A stretch of DNA of 64,000 bases from Amoebidium appalachense. Lineage: Eukaryota; Protista; Ichthyosporea. Numbering within the stretch: the first letter of the stretch is position 1; each line of letters starts with the position of its first letter. Both the position numbers and the translations under genes were made by a program. Of this stretch, positions 1 through 48,831 are shown piece by piece. The stretch spans positions 9,065,019 to 9,129,018 of the forward strand of contig CAVNZM010000003.1 in the NCBI GenBank assembly GCA_963693365.1, read 5' to 3'. The notes beneath the pieces are model-generated. The model was not told the origin of the DNA, did not search any database, and saw only the letters and a list, made by a program, of their open reading frames with translations.

Positions 1-15487
<15,487 letters not shown>

Positions 15488-15932
15488 TCTTCAATCCTTC
15501 TCTCTCTCTCTCCAGATTTGTATGTGTACTTCTGGGTGTGTGCGCGGGTGAGGATCTAAAGGCGTGTGGTGTGTGAATGTGTGGATGTATGTGGACGTCT
15601 GGATGCGTGTGAATGAAATGTGATTAAGATCCTTATTTCGAAGTTGGGATCTGGATCTCTGCTGCACAGCAACGAACGAAATCCAACAACATGACAGGCT
15701 GTTTGTGGTTCGATGTTTCATATGGTGTAAAAGAGAGATAGCTTTAATGATAATACCTTGTTTCACTTCCCTTGTAGCTAAAAAAACACATACAAAAGAC
15801 TTGGTTCTCTCAGCTCATCCGGTAAGTACTAACGTGTTTGCGCCAACTGCTGTTTGTAGTCTGAAATGCGTTTACTCCTCGCCGGCATTATTGGCAGCAA
15901 TCTGCGAAAGACAGATAGATGACGATATTGTT

Positions 15933-15942
15933 GTGACGTCAT
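15933..15942. promoter_or_regulatory. CRE-like palindrome TGACGTCA upstream of GPAA1
   Basis: GTGACGTCAT about 450 bp upstream of the ATG; the same 10-mer (reverse complement) occurs in the PHB2 promoter. Confidence 0.4.
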
Positions 15943-17074
15943 TTGGGTGGGGTAAACAAGTGCATCCATAAATCCATGAACGTTTGCGCCCTCCCGGGCC
16001 CCCACCAAACTTTTGACACACACACAAACGCACAGGCACCCTCCTCGCCCTCAACACACACACCCTCCTTTACACCCCCTCCCCCCGGCCCCACCCCACA
16101 TAGACAACCCCCCCCCCCCCCCCCTCCCCCCCCCCCCCCTCCCCCCCCCTCTCCGGGGAGGTCCGAACCACACAATCGATATCACAACCTACATACCGAC
16201 ATGCGGCACGCACACACAAGTCACCAAAACAACAAAAGAGAGAGAGGAATATTTGAAAAGTTGAATTTTTGAACTCCCTTAACACTACCTAGCTGTTATA
16301 ATCACCACAGCCACGTAGTGCGCAACTTGGCGGCACTGGAGAGGGGGGGGGGGGGGGGGGGGAGTCTTGGGACGGGTCCCCAGCATATTTATTACGATAT
16401 TCTACCAAAAACACAAGAAAATACCAGAAACAAGGGTAAAAACGAGACGGGTTTGGCACACCGGTGTTGCCAAACGGTTTATTCTTGTCCATATTGCTTG
16501 CTGGCTTCAGTTGCCAGCAACAGCCAGGTATATCGTGGACGTACAAGAATATCGGAAGGTACAAAAATACCGGATATCGAAAAGGTATAAGGAGAACGAG
16601 TTTGGTGAATTTTGGTTTCAAGTGCATCTTTTTTTTGTTCTACACGTGAAGATAACTATTTACATCCTCGTTCTCTTCTTTTACTTGCAGTCACCATCAA
16701 CACAAAGCTACTAAAGCTACAGAGATTGGGTCCCCCCCCCCCCCCCCCCCCCCCCCCTTTCCACAAAAAAAACACGCACTCAAAAATATGGGAGAAAAGA
16801 GGATCGATAATTATAGATATCCACCACGAATGAACAAGCCATAATTCCGTATCTCCTTGACACAATACACCCTAACGCTTACAAACCAACTTCATGCAGC
16901 TCAACGCCTCACTCGAAAAAAAGGAAAGGGAAAGGGGGAGAAAAAGAAAACAAAAAAAAAAAAGGGGGGTGGGCCTGGGTCCCCCTACTATCGCCCATTT
17001 CACTTACTGTAATATGCAACCAATCACAAGCCCGCATCTAAACATGCAGTGATATCGAACCATTCACAGCACAT

Positions 17075-24634
<7,560 letters not shown>

Positions 24635-25106
24635 GGTTGCACAAAGAGAGTCTCGGTGAGGGAAAAAAGGGGGCCCTTGGCGATAGTGTGTAATGTGTGT
24701 GTGTGTGTGTGTGTGTGAGTGTGTGTGTGCGTCACTTCGAGTGAAGCCTTTTTCCAGAAACGCGTGCACAGACGAAAAAGCATGGCGGGCAATGACGTCA
24801 CATATGGCTCTTGCGGAGAGGCCTGCGATTGGCTGTCACCAATCGGATTTGCTGGATTTGGAAACGTGGCTCGTTTGCGCAAACGCATGTTACGTGGTTA
24901 TTAGATCTAATTAGATCTAATATTCGATCTGTCTCCGTTTTGTTTTTGTTTTTTGTTTTGTTCTGTCACAGTTTCTTTTCTTGTTTTCCCTCTTGAACCC
25001 TTGAAGCTAGTTTTTCTTGCTGGGTTAGCTTCGGCTCCGGCTTCCTAGAAGTAAGTCGCTTATTACAGAGTAAAAAACTTGCCGATTTTTTCAAACCAAG
25101 TGGGAA
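24635..25106. promoter_or_regulatory. Bidirectional promoter of PHB2 and the methyltransferase
   Basis: 472 bp between divergent ATGs; TGACGTCA at 24793-24800, ATTGG at 24828-24832, CCAAT at 24839-24843, ACGTGG motifs; lacks the long G/C runs seen in introns. Confidence 0.6.
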
Positions 25107-25937
25107 ATGGGCGCTTCCACCAACATCCACCAAGTGGCAGCTAAAGCGTGGTCCTCCCAAGCGGCAAGTTACGAGGCAGGACGACCAACATACCCCACCG
25201 CTGCCACCGAGTTCATCGTCAACACATTCGCCCTGACATCCACTAGCCATGTAGTCGATGTAGCCGCCGGAACAGGGAAATTTACCCGTGGTTTACGCAA
25301 AGCATGTGAGTCGAAAATCGTAGCCGTCGAACCCCTTGCAGAGATGATCGAGCAGTTCAGGTGTGTGCTTCCAGACATCGAAATTGTCCAGGGAACAGCA
25401 GAACATCTCCCGTTCGAAAATGAATCGGTGGACCTCATCACAGCGGCACAGGCGTTCCATTGGTTTGCTAACAAAGAAGCCCTGTCTGAATTTAATCGGG
25501 TGCTTAAGCCGGGTGGGGGTGTGGCACTTCTCTGGATAGAGACCGACGTTGAGAAAATGGAATGTTGGGTACCCGGGGCTTTTGACATCGTCAAACCATA
25601 CATGTCCAAAAATCCCACGCCACTGTACTTCTTGGGTGACTGGAAGAAAGTTTTTGATCTTCCTGAAATTCAGGAGATCTTTACCCCCCTGGAAGACCAA
25701 CGATTTTTTTGGACTGTGCAGAATACGGAAGATGGGATATGGACCGATATGCTCAGCTCGAGCTTTATCGCCGCTTTGTCAGATGAGGAACGGGTGGGTT
25801 TGGAACGGGAAATGAGAGATCACATGAGAAGACATGTTCCTGAATTTTCGGGGAATACGGATGGAAATGCAGGTACTGCCACCACTACCTACCACTACTA
25901 TACCGATGTATGGTGGTTCCACAAACGCACCTTGTAG
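25107..25937 (+). CDS. Intronless class I SAM-dependent methyltransferase (Methyltransf_11-like), 276 aa
   Basis: Y..GRP.YP N-terminus, motif I VVDVAAGTG, VAVEP, GTAEHLPFENESVDLITAAQAFHWF, RVLKPGG. Confidence 0.92.
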   Translation: MGASTNIHQVAAKAWSSQAASYEAGRPTYPTAATEFIVNTFALTSTSHVVDVAAGTGKFTRGLRKACESKIVAVEPLAEMIEQFRCVLPDIEIVQGTAEHLPFENESVDLITAAQAFHWFANKEALSEFNRVLKPGGGVALLWIETDVEKMECWVPGAFDIVKPYMSKNPTPLYFLGDWKKVFDLPEIQEIFTPLEDQRFFWTVQNTEDGIWTDMLSSSFIAALSDEERVGLEREMRDHMRRHVPEFSGNTDGNAGTATTTYHYYTDVWWFHKRTL

Positions 25938-26689
25938 CTTGCTCGATCACGTGAATAGCTGTGTGCTTGCCTGTGTGCCTGCGTTTCTGGTAGGAGGTTG
26001 TGGTGGGTGGGAAGGAAGGGGTGGGGCAGGAGATGGGAGGGGAGTGGAAAAGAAGCCCGAGTCTGTGTAGTATTAGTATGATCAGTGATGAGTGTCTTTA
26101 TGGAGATGGGTGGTAGAACATGTGGTTGGCTTGTGGTTTAGATCTGAGCCCTCTATATTGTGATACGTTATGGCAAATTGTGTGTTCTTTGAGGTACGGC
26201 GAAGCCCTGGTGGAGGGAAGGCTGGATGGTGTGATATGTTAGCATTCTCTGCCTCCCTAATCCCCCCGCATCCCTCTTGTGCGCACACGCATGCATGTTA
26301 CTTACGCATGCACTTACGCACGCACACACACGCGGTCGCGCGGGCGCACACTCGCACATACACATGCACACACACGCACGCACGCACGTACGCACGCACA
26401 CAGCGTCACACACACACACACACACATGCTTCAAAGAAGTCCCCCTTATTTAAGTATGTTATCGTGCAGGTGTTAATGTGCGCAGAAACCTGTAAAATTC
26501 TAACTCAACTAGTTTTTGTAGTGGTATGCTTGCAGTGTATGGTAGTTGTAATGTTAACGTAGGCTTAACATGCATGAAGAAGGTTTGTCAGTGCTCACCG
26601 TAAGTCGGAAAATAAAGATGCTCGCGTGTACAGATGTATGTTACCCCTCGACAATGTGACTGTACGCAAACACAGCGTTAACGTTGCGC

Positions 26690-26930
26690 ACAAAACATCA
26701 AGTACGTGCATTCAAAACATGTACGTGCATTCAAAACATGTATGTGCACACATAATTTGTACGTGCACACAAAACATGTATGTGCACACATAATTTGTAC
26801 GTGCACACAAAAACATGTATGTGCACACATAATTTGTACATGCACACAAAACTTGTATGTGCAAACATTATTTGTACGTCGTGCACACAAAACTTGTATG
26901 TGCACACATACTTTGTACGTGCACACAAAG
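26690..26930. repeat. Minisatellite, about 38-bp unit, about 6 copies
   Basis: Unit AAAACATGTATGTGCACACATAATTTGTACGTGCACAC; itself a dimer of ~19-bp subunits centred on GTGCAC. Confidence 0.85.
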
Positions 26931-27004
26931 ACCGTCGTGCATACACACTTGGTACTGCAAGGCTGACAAGCACCAGCAAGCAGGCACCGTGCATGTACAC
27001 GCAC

Positions 27005-27148
27005 GTACAGTCGAAGCGTGGCCGTGGAGCTCGAGCGTATGGATAGCATCCCCGGTAAATATGGGCTCTGCTTATATATGATGCATACTGTACTTGTGTG
27101 TAGTACTTTGCATAATCTGCGGTGTTTATCATTTCATACATAATCTAG
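27005..27148 (+). mobile_element. Degenerate plus-strand copy of the hammerhead-family repeat
   Basis: AGTCGAAGC...ATGGGCTCTGCTTATATATGATGCATACTGTAC...then C-run; the only plus-oriented copy I could recognise. Confidence 0.55.
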
Positions 27149-27186
<38 letters not shown>

Positions 27187-27444
27187 CCGCTAATTGTGCT
27201 CCATATCAATATTATGAGGGACACATTTACAGCACTGATATTCGGGTATATGCCAGGGGCCCCCGGGGGGTGCTTCCCATGTTACCTGGGTAGGGGAGAC
27301 AGGTGGACCAGTTGTGTGTGCGAGCGTTCATGCACGCCTGTGTGTGTGTGGTGCGGGCATGTATATGTGTTCAATTGCTGGTTGTGGTGGTGGTGGTGGG
27401 TGGTGGTGGTGGTGGCCCGGGGTGTGTGTGTGTGTACGTACGGT

Positions 27445-27486
<42 letters not shown>

Positions 27487-27798
27487 CCATATGTGCCGAG
27501 CTATTAAACAGGGAATGTGCATTACATCCTGTGTTAATAATAAAAGGCACCTGCACACCTTATTGCATGTACCATCAAAGGCGTTGATGTGTGTGTGTGT
27601 GTTATATCGTGTTGGTGTGTGGACGTTGTGTGTTGTGGGTGTTGGGTGTGGGTATGCGCAAGGCCTGTGCAGGCATTCGTGTGTGTGTGGACGCGTGCAC
27701 AAGTATGCCCGCCTCAGTGTGAGCCTGTGTGTATGAAGGTGCGTGTGCATGTCCGCATGTGCATGCGAGAGGGTGTATGCTCAAGCGTGTGTATGCAT

Positions 27799-27837
<39 letters not shown>

Positions 27838-28144
27838 GAGTGTGTGTGTGCTTGCGTGGTGGTGGTGTGTGTGTGTGTATGCACGAACTCCGATAGTGAA
27901 ATGCTCATGCTCGTCGGTATGTCTTTATTCAAAATGTTTGCTCGTGTATTGAGAAATGATTGATGCATGGCATACCTCCTGACAAGGTCAGTGCCTACGA
28001 ACAACAATGAATTATGGGTACTCTCCGATCATAATAGACCATTGCTTGCACGAAACCAAACATCATTCATGCAAATGGGGATACAAAAAACACAACGATA
28101 GCACTAGGTTTCTAATCGAAGCACATCACCGATGTTGTTGAAAA

Positions 28145-28182
<38 letters not shown>

Positions 28183-28528
28183 CGGGTCCCCAACACACAC
28201 ACACGAGGGAATTTGTTCATTTTATGACTGCCACATCCTCATTGATTATTTTCCTAATGGAGCTGAGCTCATTCATTCTGAGTAGCCCCCCCCCCCCCCC
28301 CCCCCCCCCACCCACCCCCCCCCCCTACCCCCCCCCACCCCCCCCCCCACCTTCTCTGCACACATACATACATACACACACCCTACATGCACACTCAGAC
28401 CCCCACACATCGATCCACCACCAACACCACCACAAACACAACCAGAATTCATTCAACACAACCAACAGACCAACAACCCAAGTGTCTACTATCCCCTACA
28501 TAATCTCAAAACCCCCACAAATCCTTTA

Positions 28529-41909
<13,381 letters not shown>

Positions 41910-44502
41910 GTTTTAGATTTGCCCTGTGTAAAAACAAGCGTGGTGGTTGGGTAAGATCCTGGGATGTACACCTAGAGCAACTGTATTTTTTCTAGGTCAA
42001 ACAAACTTAGCCGTTTCACAAGTCGTCTTTGAACGGATTTGAAGTTTTGAACGTGGTGCACGTGGAAATTCCCGGGTCAGTGGATCTGGAGAAATATTTA
42101 CACGCCTCTTCCTTTCTCAGTTTACAGGTTTTCCGGGACCACGAGACTTTGTGTCTACAAAATACGGTATGCCTGGTGAACCTTGCCACAAATAGCCATT
42201 AGTTTTGAATAGAGCAAAATAGTTATGATTATGTCTTGTCATTTTTTATGATGTTTGAGTTTTGAATTTAGTCAGGCCCGCGCGTCACAGTGACCGATAT
42301 TGGGTCAGGTTTTGCCGTCTTCTGGCTTTAGCCAAATATAGTTATATTAAAAAGTCAACAAGTGGCTATCGAGATTTGCCTAAATCCTCCTAGAGTTTAG
42401 TCTCTTTGTGAATTTGTGATTGAAAAACTCTTTCTCAACAACAAGGTAAGACTTTTGACTGTTAAAGAAAACGCTCCTTGCATTAATAAGAAGCTATAGC
42501 CATTTGAGTGTATTTTCAAAAATCTGCTTTTGAAAATATTTCTTTGAACACCAATTTATATCCGGTCTTATTTTTGCGCTTTTGAGTTTCGCATTGAGTT
42601 TAGGTGACTCCCCAGGATCTGGGATTACGTAACTGCTATTTATCACTGCTGTCAAAGGAAGGAAGGAAAAGAAACTGCACCACATGTAGCTACAAGCACA
42701 GTTCACCAAAATTGTGGGGGAGAAACGTGTGTGCACTTTATCCTAGTTGTGCTATTCATTATAAAACCATCGATTGGGGGCTGACACACAAATTGATAAG
42801 AAAAACTGACACACTGTACAAGAGATCTAAAAAAGGTAGCACAAGAATATTCAAATTTGGATTCTTAGGTTGTGAGAAGGTTGTAAACAGGAAACATTTA
42901 AAGAAGAAGAACAAGACGAAAAAGAAAAAAGTAGAATAAGAAACGAACAACATGTTAGATCCTGAATTAATGGGGTTTTAGCCAGCTATTTCCAAACTCC
43001 AAAAATCACGACGAACGTTCTAGTTTTGTTTTTTCCTTAAGTTTAAATACCTGCCTGTACCGGTGAAGAAACTTCAACAGGTCGAAGCTGCAAAAATGCC
43101 CGCCTATTCCGTGCGTTATCAATCCAAGCCTAAGTGGTATGAATAAAACGACAGACTGGAAAGCACTGCAGTGCAAGGTGCGCATGCTCTTGTCCCACAT
43201 GTGTACACGTCCGTGTGTGTTTGCTGCCTGTCAGGTTGCAACTCACGGTTAATTTAACGTTACAAGTCACTTCGTGTGGACCATGTTAATATCTTTATGG
43301 ACTGTGTGGTAACTAACTACACCGTAAGGCTTACCACAGCTTATTAATCTATGTGAATATTATTGTTTGCATTCCATAAAGCAGTGAATTTAGCTGCTAC
43401 TAGTGAATTTGAATGGGCATGTGTGCGTGTGCATGTTTCTTTCGTGCCCACACCTTTTTCTAAGCAGCAGCACCTGCACAATTAATCGGCGGGTCATTCC
43501 CATATCATTCCCCAGCTGTGGGTCGTGTTGCACCATCACTAACCTTTTTATTTTATCACGTTTTGTTCCCGGAGAGCCTCTCCGTGCCCTTTTAGGGAAA
43601 CTACCGTCTACCACACAGCACCGACAGTACACTAGTATCTATGAGTTCAGCTAAGCTAAACCATCCTTCACAACCTAACTATAAGTACACACTTTGCCCA
43701 GGGCTACTACCCCAGCCACGCCGGCAGGAGGCTCCAGTCCTCCCCTCCATTCAAAACCTAGCAATAAACGTTAACCGAGGGCTCTCATTGGTCGATCTAC
43801 AGTATGGTGATGTGTATAGTATTTACGGTGGGTATGGGTGGATGATGGGGTGTGGTGATGGTGGTGGTGGGGGGTTGCTACCTAACATTATGTGTTGTTG
43901 TACGTATCTTGAGGCAATGTTTTTGTGGACTAAAAGGTGGGTTTTGCAAGGCACATTGGGTCTGTGTGTGGTCCGGCAGTCAGGGCAGGCAGGCCGGGTG
44001 TGTGTGGGGGGTGTATTTGTGTGTGTCTTGAGTTTTTGGGGTGCCGTGCTTTTCTTTCTACGGGTGCTGGTTGTATGGTGGTGTTTTTGCATTTTGGGGT
44101 GGGTGGGGGGTAGTGTGGTGTTCCGTGGGTGTCATATTTTTGAAAAGAATAAAGACTGCAACTCTACTGTGATTTTTCCTAAGATGGCCCGGGTGGTGGT
44201 CTTGGTAGTGCCGGTGGCTGCTAGTAGTGGGCCCACCGATCGTGGGCAGAACCCTCGTTCAACCCACTTGATGTCCTCAGTGTCTGGTGGGTCACCGTTG
44301 CCTCCTATCCAGTTTATCCATGCACATTGGTCTACCACCGTGGCTGCCGTGTGTTAGTGCTGTGCCCACGGCCACACCAGCAGAGAGACCTACCAAATTG
44401 TGCATATGGAAGACGACCCCTCAGGTCTACCAAGGGAGGTTACAGTCAATACACTGAAGGTGGGTGTTCAATATTCAGTAGCATCACATCGACCGTCTTT
44501 TT

Positions 44503-44507
<5 letters not shown>

Positions 44508-44538
<31 letters not shown>

Positions 44539-44555
44539 TATAGATAAATATATAG

Positions 44556-44622
<67 letters not shown>

Positions 44623-44643
44623 GTTGCTTATATATATATATAT
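44508..44643. repeat. (TA)n microsatellite
   Basis: Direct reading; interrupted array. Confidence 0.95.
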
Positions 44644-44752
44644 AGTTGCTTATAAAAAATGGAAAGGTGGGTTCGACACTTTTTTTCCTGTGAGATTCGG
44701 AGGGCCATGCCTGACACTTTATTTTTGCAGTCTGCTTGCATGCGTGCCTCCG

Positions 44753-44802
<50 letters not shown>

Positions 44803-45623
44803 CGCGCACATTGGTATGCTGGAGAATACATATCTACTGTGGGCAATCGAGCAACCCTAAACACTTTGCTCTAACCTGAATAGGTGGAGTGGCCCCCTTA
44901 TCGGATTATGTAGCCCCATCTTCTTTTTTTACTTATTTGTGATTGGCATGCTTTTCAAGAAGAAAACCCCGTATATACAAACTGGTGGGGAGAGAAGGGG
45001 GGGGGGGGGGGGGGGGGGGGAGGGGGGAGGATAGAGGGAGAAAGGGAGGCGGCATTCGGAGGGGGGGGGAGGGGGCGAGGGGGAGGGGGGAGGGGAGGGT
45101 GGAAACGGGGAGGTCGAGGGAAGGAGGGGCACTGGGTGTGTTTTTATGGTTTCACTCTATGCAAAAACTATCACTGAAATAAATACCATGGCTTCAAAGC
45201 GCAAGGTGTACTACCTAAAGACTCTTGCAGAGTTTGTTTTTCATCCAATTAAAAGCGGAGAGATGGTCATCCTGGGATCTGATGCAACATAGTTATGTGC
45301 GGTTGGGATGGGGGAATTAGCGCGGGCTTGTGAATGGCTAGGAACTTAACCTCACATTCACGTGTGAGGAAGACGATGGTGTGCGTGGGTGGGGGTGGAA
45401 GGGGGGGGGAGGGGGGGGGGGTTTGGGGAAGACACGGAGTGAAGAAGCATCTCAGTGTTGGTGAGTTTACTGGAAGGACGGGGGGGTGCAGGGTTGTGGG
45501 ACTCGAGGGGGGAGAGGGAGAGAGCTGTGCGTGCGGAGGGCGTGGTGGGGAGGGGGGGAAGGGGGGGGGGGGGGGGGGGGGAGAGAGAGAGAGAGAGAGA
45601 GAGAGAGCATGTGTGTGTACGGG

Positions 45624-45656
<33 letters not shown>

Positions 45657-45670
45657 GAGAGAGAGAGAAG

Positions 45671-45701
<31 letters not shown>

Positions 45702-45704
45702 CGA

Positions 45705-45739
<35 letters not shown>

Positions 45740-46037
45740 GAAAGGGAGGGAGGGAGATTGTGTGTAAGTGTGTGTGTTCATGGTGTGTGCATATTCCGTT
45801 TAGGGGGAACGGGTATACAAAAAACAGGCTGGGGGAGGGAAGGGGGGGGGGGGGGGAGGAGGGGAGTTCTGAGCAGAAGGTTGAAGGAATCCCGGTGATG
45901 GAGCGGTGGGGGCAGGGGGGGGGGGGGGGGGAGGGGGGGGGGCAGTTTTAAGAATGTGCCTGCGGACAAGGTATGCCGAAAACTTTGTTGGTCACAAGGT
46001 GTGTGCGTATGTACGTGTTTGTGTGCCGTGTGTGTGT

Positions 46038-46153
<116 letters not shown>

Positions 46154-46435
46154 TGTGTCTGTGTGTGAGTGGGTGTGTGTGTCAGTGCGCGTGCCTTTGT
46201 GCTTGTAGTGTATCGTGTGTTTGCCAACAGGGTGTGCGTGTGAACGAGTAAGTGTGTGTATGTTTATCAATGTATGTGTGTGCACCTGTCACGAAGGTCA
46301 TGCCATGGTGCAGAATTTGAGGTTACCGCAATCTGTGGGTTTCGAATGACTCAGACATTTGGGTCAAATGGTGTGTGTGTGTGTGCGCACGCGCGCGCGC
46401 GTGTCACAGTGCGTGCGTGCGTGTGTGTGTGTGTA

Positions 46436-46543
<108 letters not shown>

Positions 46544-46556
46544 GTTTGTGTATGTG

Positions 46557-47071
46557 AGGGCCCAGCCACATCGGCTGAGTCAACTTTCTCCAAGCAGAAT
46601 TATTCTGCAAAAAGCAGAATTATTCTGCAAAAAGCAGAATCATTCTGCAAAGGCAGAATCAATCTACTTAAAGCAGGATTATTCTGCAAAAGCAGAATCA
46701 ATCTGCTAAAAGCAGAATCACACTGCAAATAGCAGGATCAATCTGCTAAAAGCAGAATCAATCTGCTAAAGCGGAATTATTCTGCTAAAAGCAGAATTAT
46801 TCTGCTGCCGAAAGCAGAATGATTCTGCTTTTTGCGGAATAATTCTGCTAAAGGGAGAATAATTCTGCTAAAAGCAGAATAAGTTTGCTAAAAGCAGAGT
46901 GATTCTGCTAAAAGCAGAGTGATTCTGCTTTTGCAGAATAATTCTGTTGATTCTGCTTTTTCAGAATAATTCTGCTTTTTGCAGAATAATTCTGCTTTTT
47001 GCAGAATAATTCCGCTTTTGCAGAATATTTCTGCTTTTTGCAAGTTGACTCTGCCGATGTGGTTGGGCCCT
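46557..47071. mobile_element. Foldback-type MITE with ~30-bp TIRs and inverted internal tandem arrays
   Basis: Left AGGGCCCAGCCACATCGGCTGAGTCAACTT, right AAGTTGACTCTGCCGATGTGGTTGGGCCCT (2 mismatches). The interior consists of ~19-21-bp units AAAAGCAGAATTATTCTGC that switch orientation. TATGTG flanks both ends. Confidence 0.88.
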
Positions 47072-47349
47072 TATGTGTGTTTCACAGTGTGCGTGTGTGT
47101 GTACATGAGTGCGTGTTTGTATGTGTATTAGAACATGATAATTTAGACGGGGTGTGTGCCAAATGTGTGTGCCCGCGTTTACACAGTGTTTTTGCGAAAA
47201 GTGTGCGGGGGTTCATCCCGAACTGCCTGTGCGACATGCATCTGCCCTGTGTGCACGTGGCGGCCTGCGCATGTGCATGCGTGCGCGTCACATTTCGCGT
47301 TTTTATTACGCAGCGAGATCTAGATAGAAAGGAGAGCGAGCGAGCGAGC

Positions 47350-47745
<396 letters not shown>

Positions 47746-48431
47746 TCTAGCTAGAGATTGAGACTCTGAGTGAGAAAGGGAGAGAGGGATGGAAGGGGGG
47801 GGGGGGGGGGGGGAGGTTAGGGGGAGAGAGAGAGGGTGAGAGAGATCTAGAGACTGATAACTCTGGGGAGGGTGACAGATCCCGGAGGGCCTAGAGAAAG
47901 AGAGCTGAGAGGAGAGAGAGAGAGAGAGAGAGAGGGAGGCAGCTGTTGAGGGAGAGAAAGAAAGGGAGAGAAATGGAGAGAGAGCCTCGGAGAGACACTG
48001 AGACAGAGACAGAGAGAGAGGGGGGAGGTCGGGGGATTGGGTGGGATTGAAAGTGTGGCTGTGCATTTTAACAGCTTTCGCGTGTGTACATGTGTGTCTG
48101 TGTGTCTGGTGTGTGATGACGGTGTGCCTGTGCATGGATAGGGGTCCTAGTGTCGTGTGTTTCAATTGAGGGGGGGAGGAGTGGGACAGGGGAAGAATCG
48201 CGATCACCACAGTCAGGCTGTCAGGTACAACACGGCCTACAACAGCTTCAGAAAATGTATTATACCAGTACGTGGTCATTACGTAAGCCTTGAACGTGCA
48301 CACACGTGTCACTGCACGATGACACCGTGGTCGCGGTAATGTTTCGTGATGGTGGAATGTCCGCGACTAGTCACTCCATGTTCCTCTGTTCAGATCGAAT
48401 TTCCAGGGAGCCAATGAACTGCAGGCTAGAC

Positions 48432-48831
48432 CAGGGTTTGCCTTACGAATCGTGTTGACCCATTGAATACGATTAAGCATAGAGGCCAATACGGTTAGTG
48501 CTGTAGGGTGCCGTATTCACCGTCCTTATCAATTATATAGGCTCTAAGCGAGGCTCTAAGCGTGTAATTTGATGTCTTTCTATTTGAAAAATGAATGATC
48601 TCTATAAAAAAAAGTGATCAAAGAAGAATACGAAGCCCTGTTTTCTCTTTCAGGGTTCCATTTTATTAGTGAAGTAAAAGCCTGTACGAAATTAGAACCT
48701 GAAATTACAAACAAAAGGGGTTTACACAAGTCTATATTGAAAACTACCCCACAATTACGATTAAGACTTTCCGACAAAACGATTCCATTTGAGGTAAAAC
48801 GATTAAGGCACCCAAAACCTGGCAACCCCTG
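48432..48831. mobile_element. Non-autonomous hAT-type MITE, 400 bp
   Basis: Termini CAGGGTTTGCC ... GGCAACCCCTG with a perfect 8-bp target duplication GGCTAGAC (48424-48431 and 48832-48839). An 8-bp TSD and CAGGG ends are typical of hAT elements. Confidence 0.88.

Noticed and set aside
16445-16552. H/ACA snoRNA
   Set aside because: No ACA box after the second hairpin on either strand, and one hairpin is too short for a pseudouridylation pocket.
46590-47040. CRISPR-like array of palindromic repeats
   Set aside because: No unique spacers or cas genes, eukaryotic context, and the array is enclosed by TIRs.
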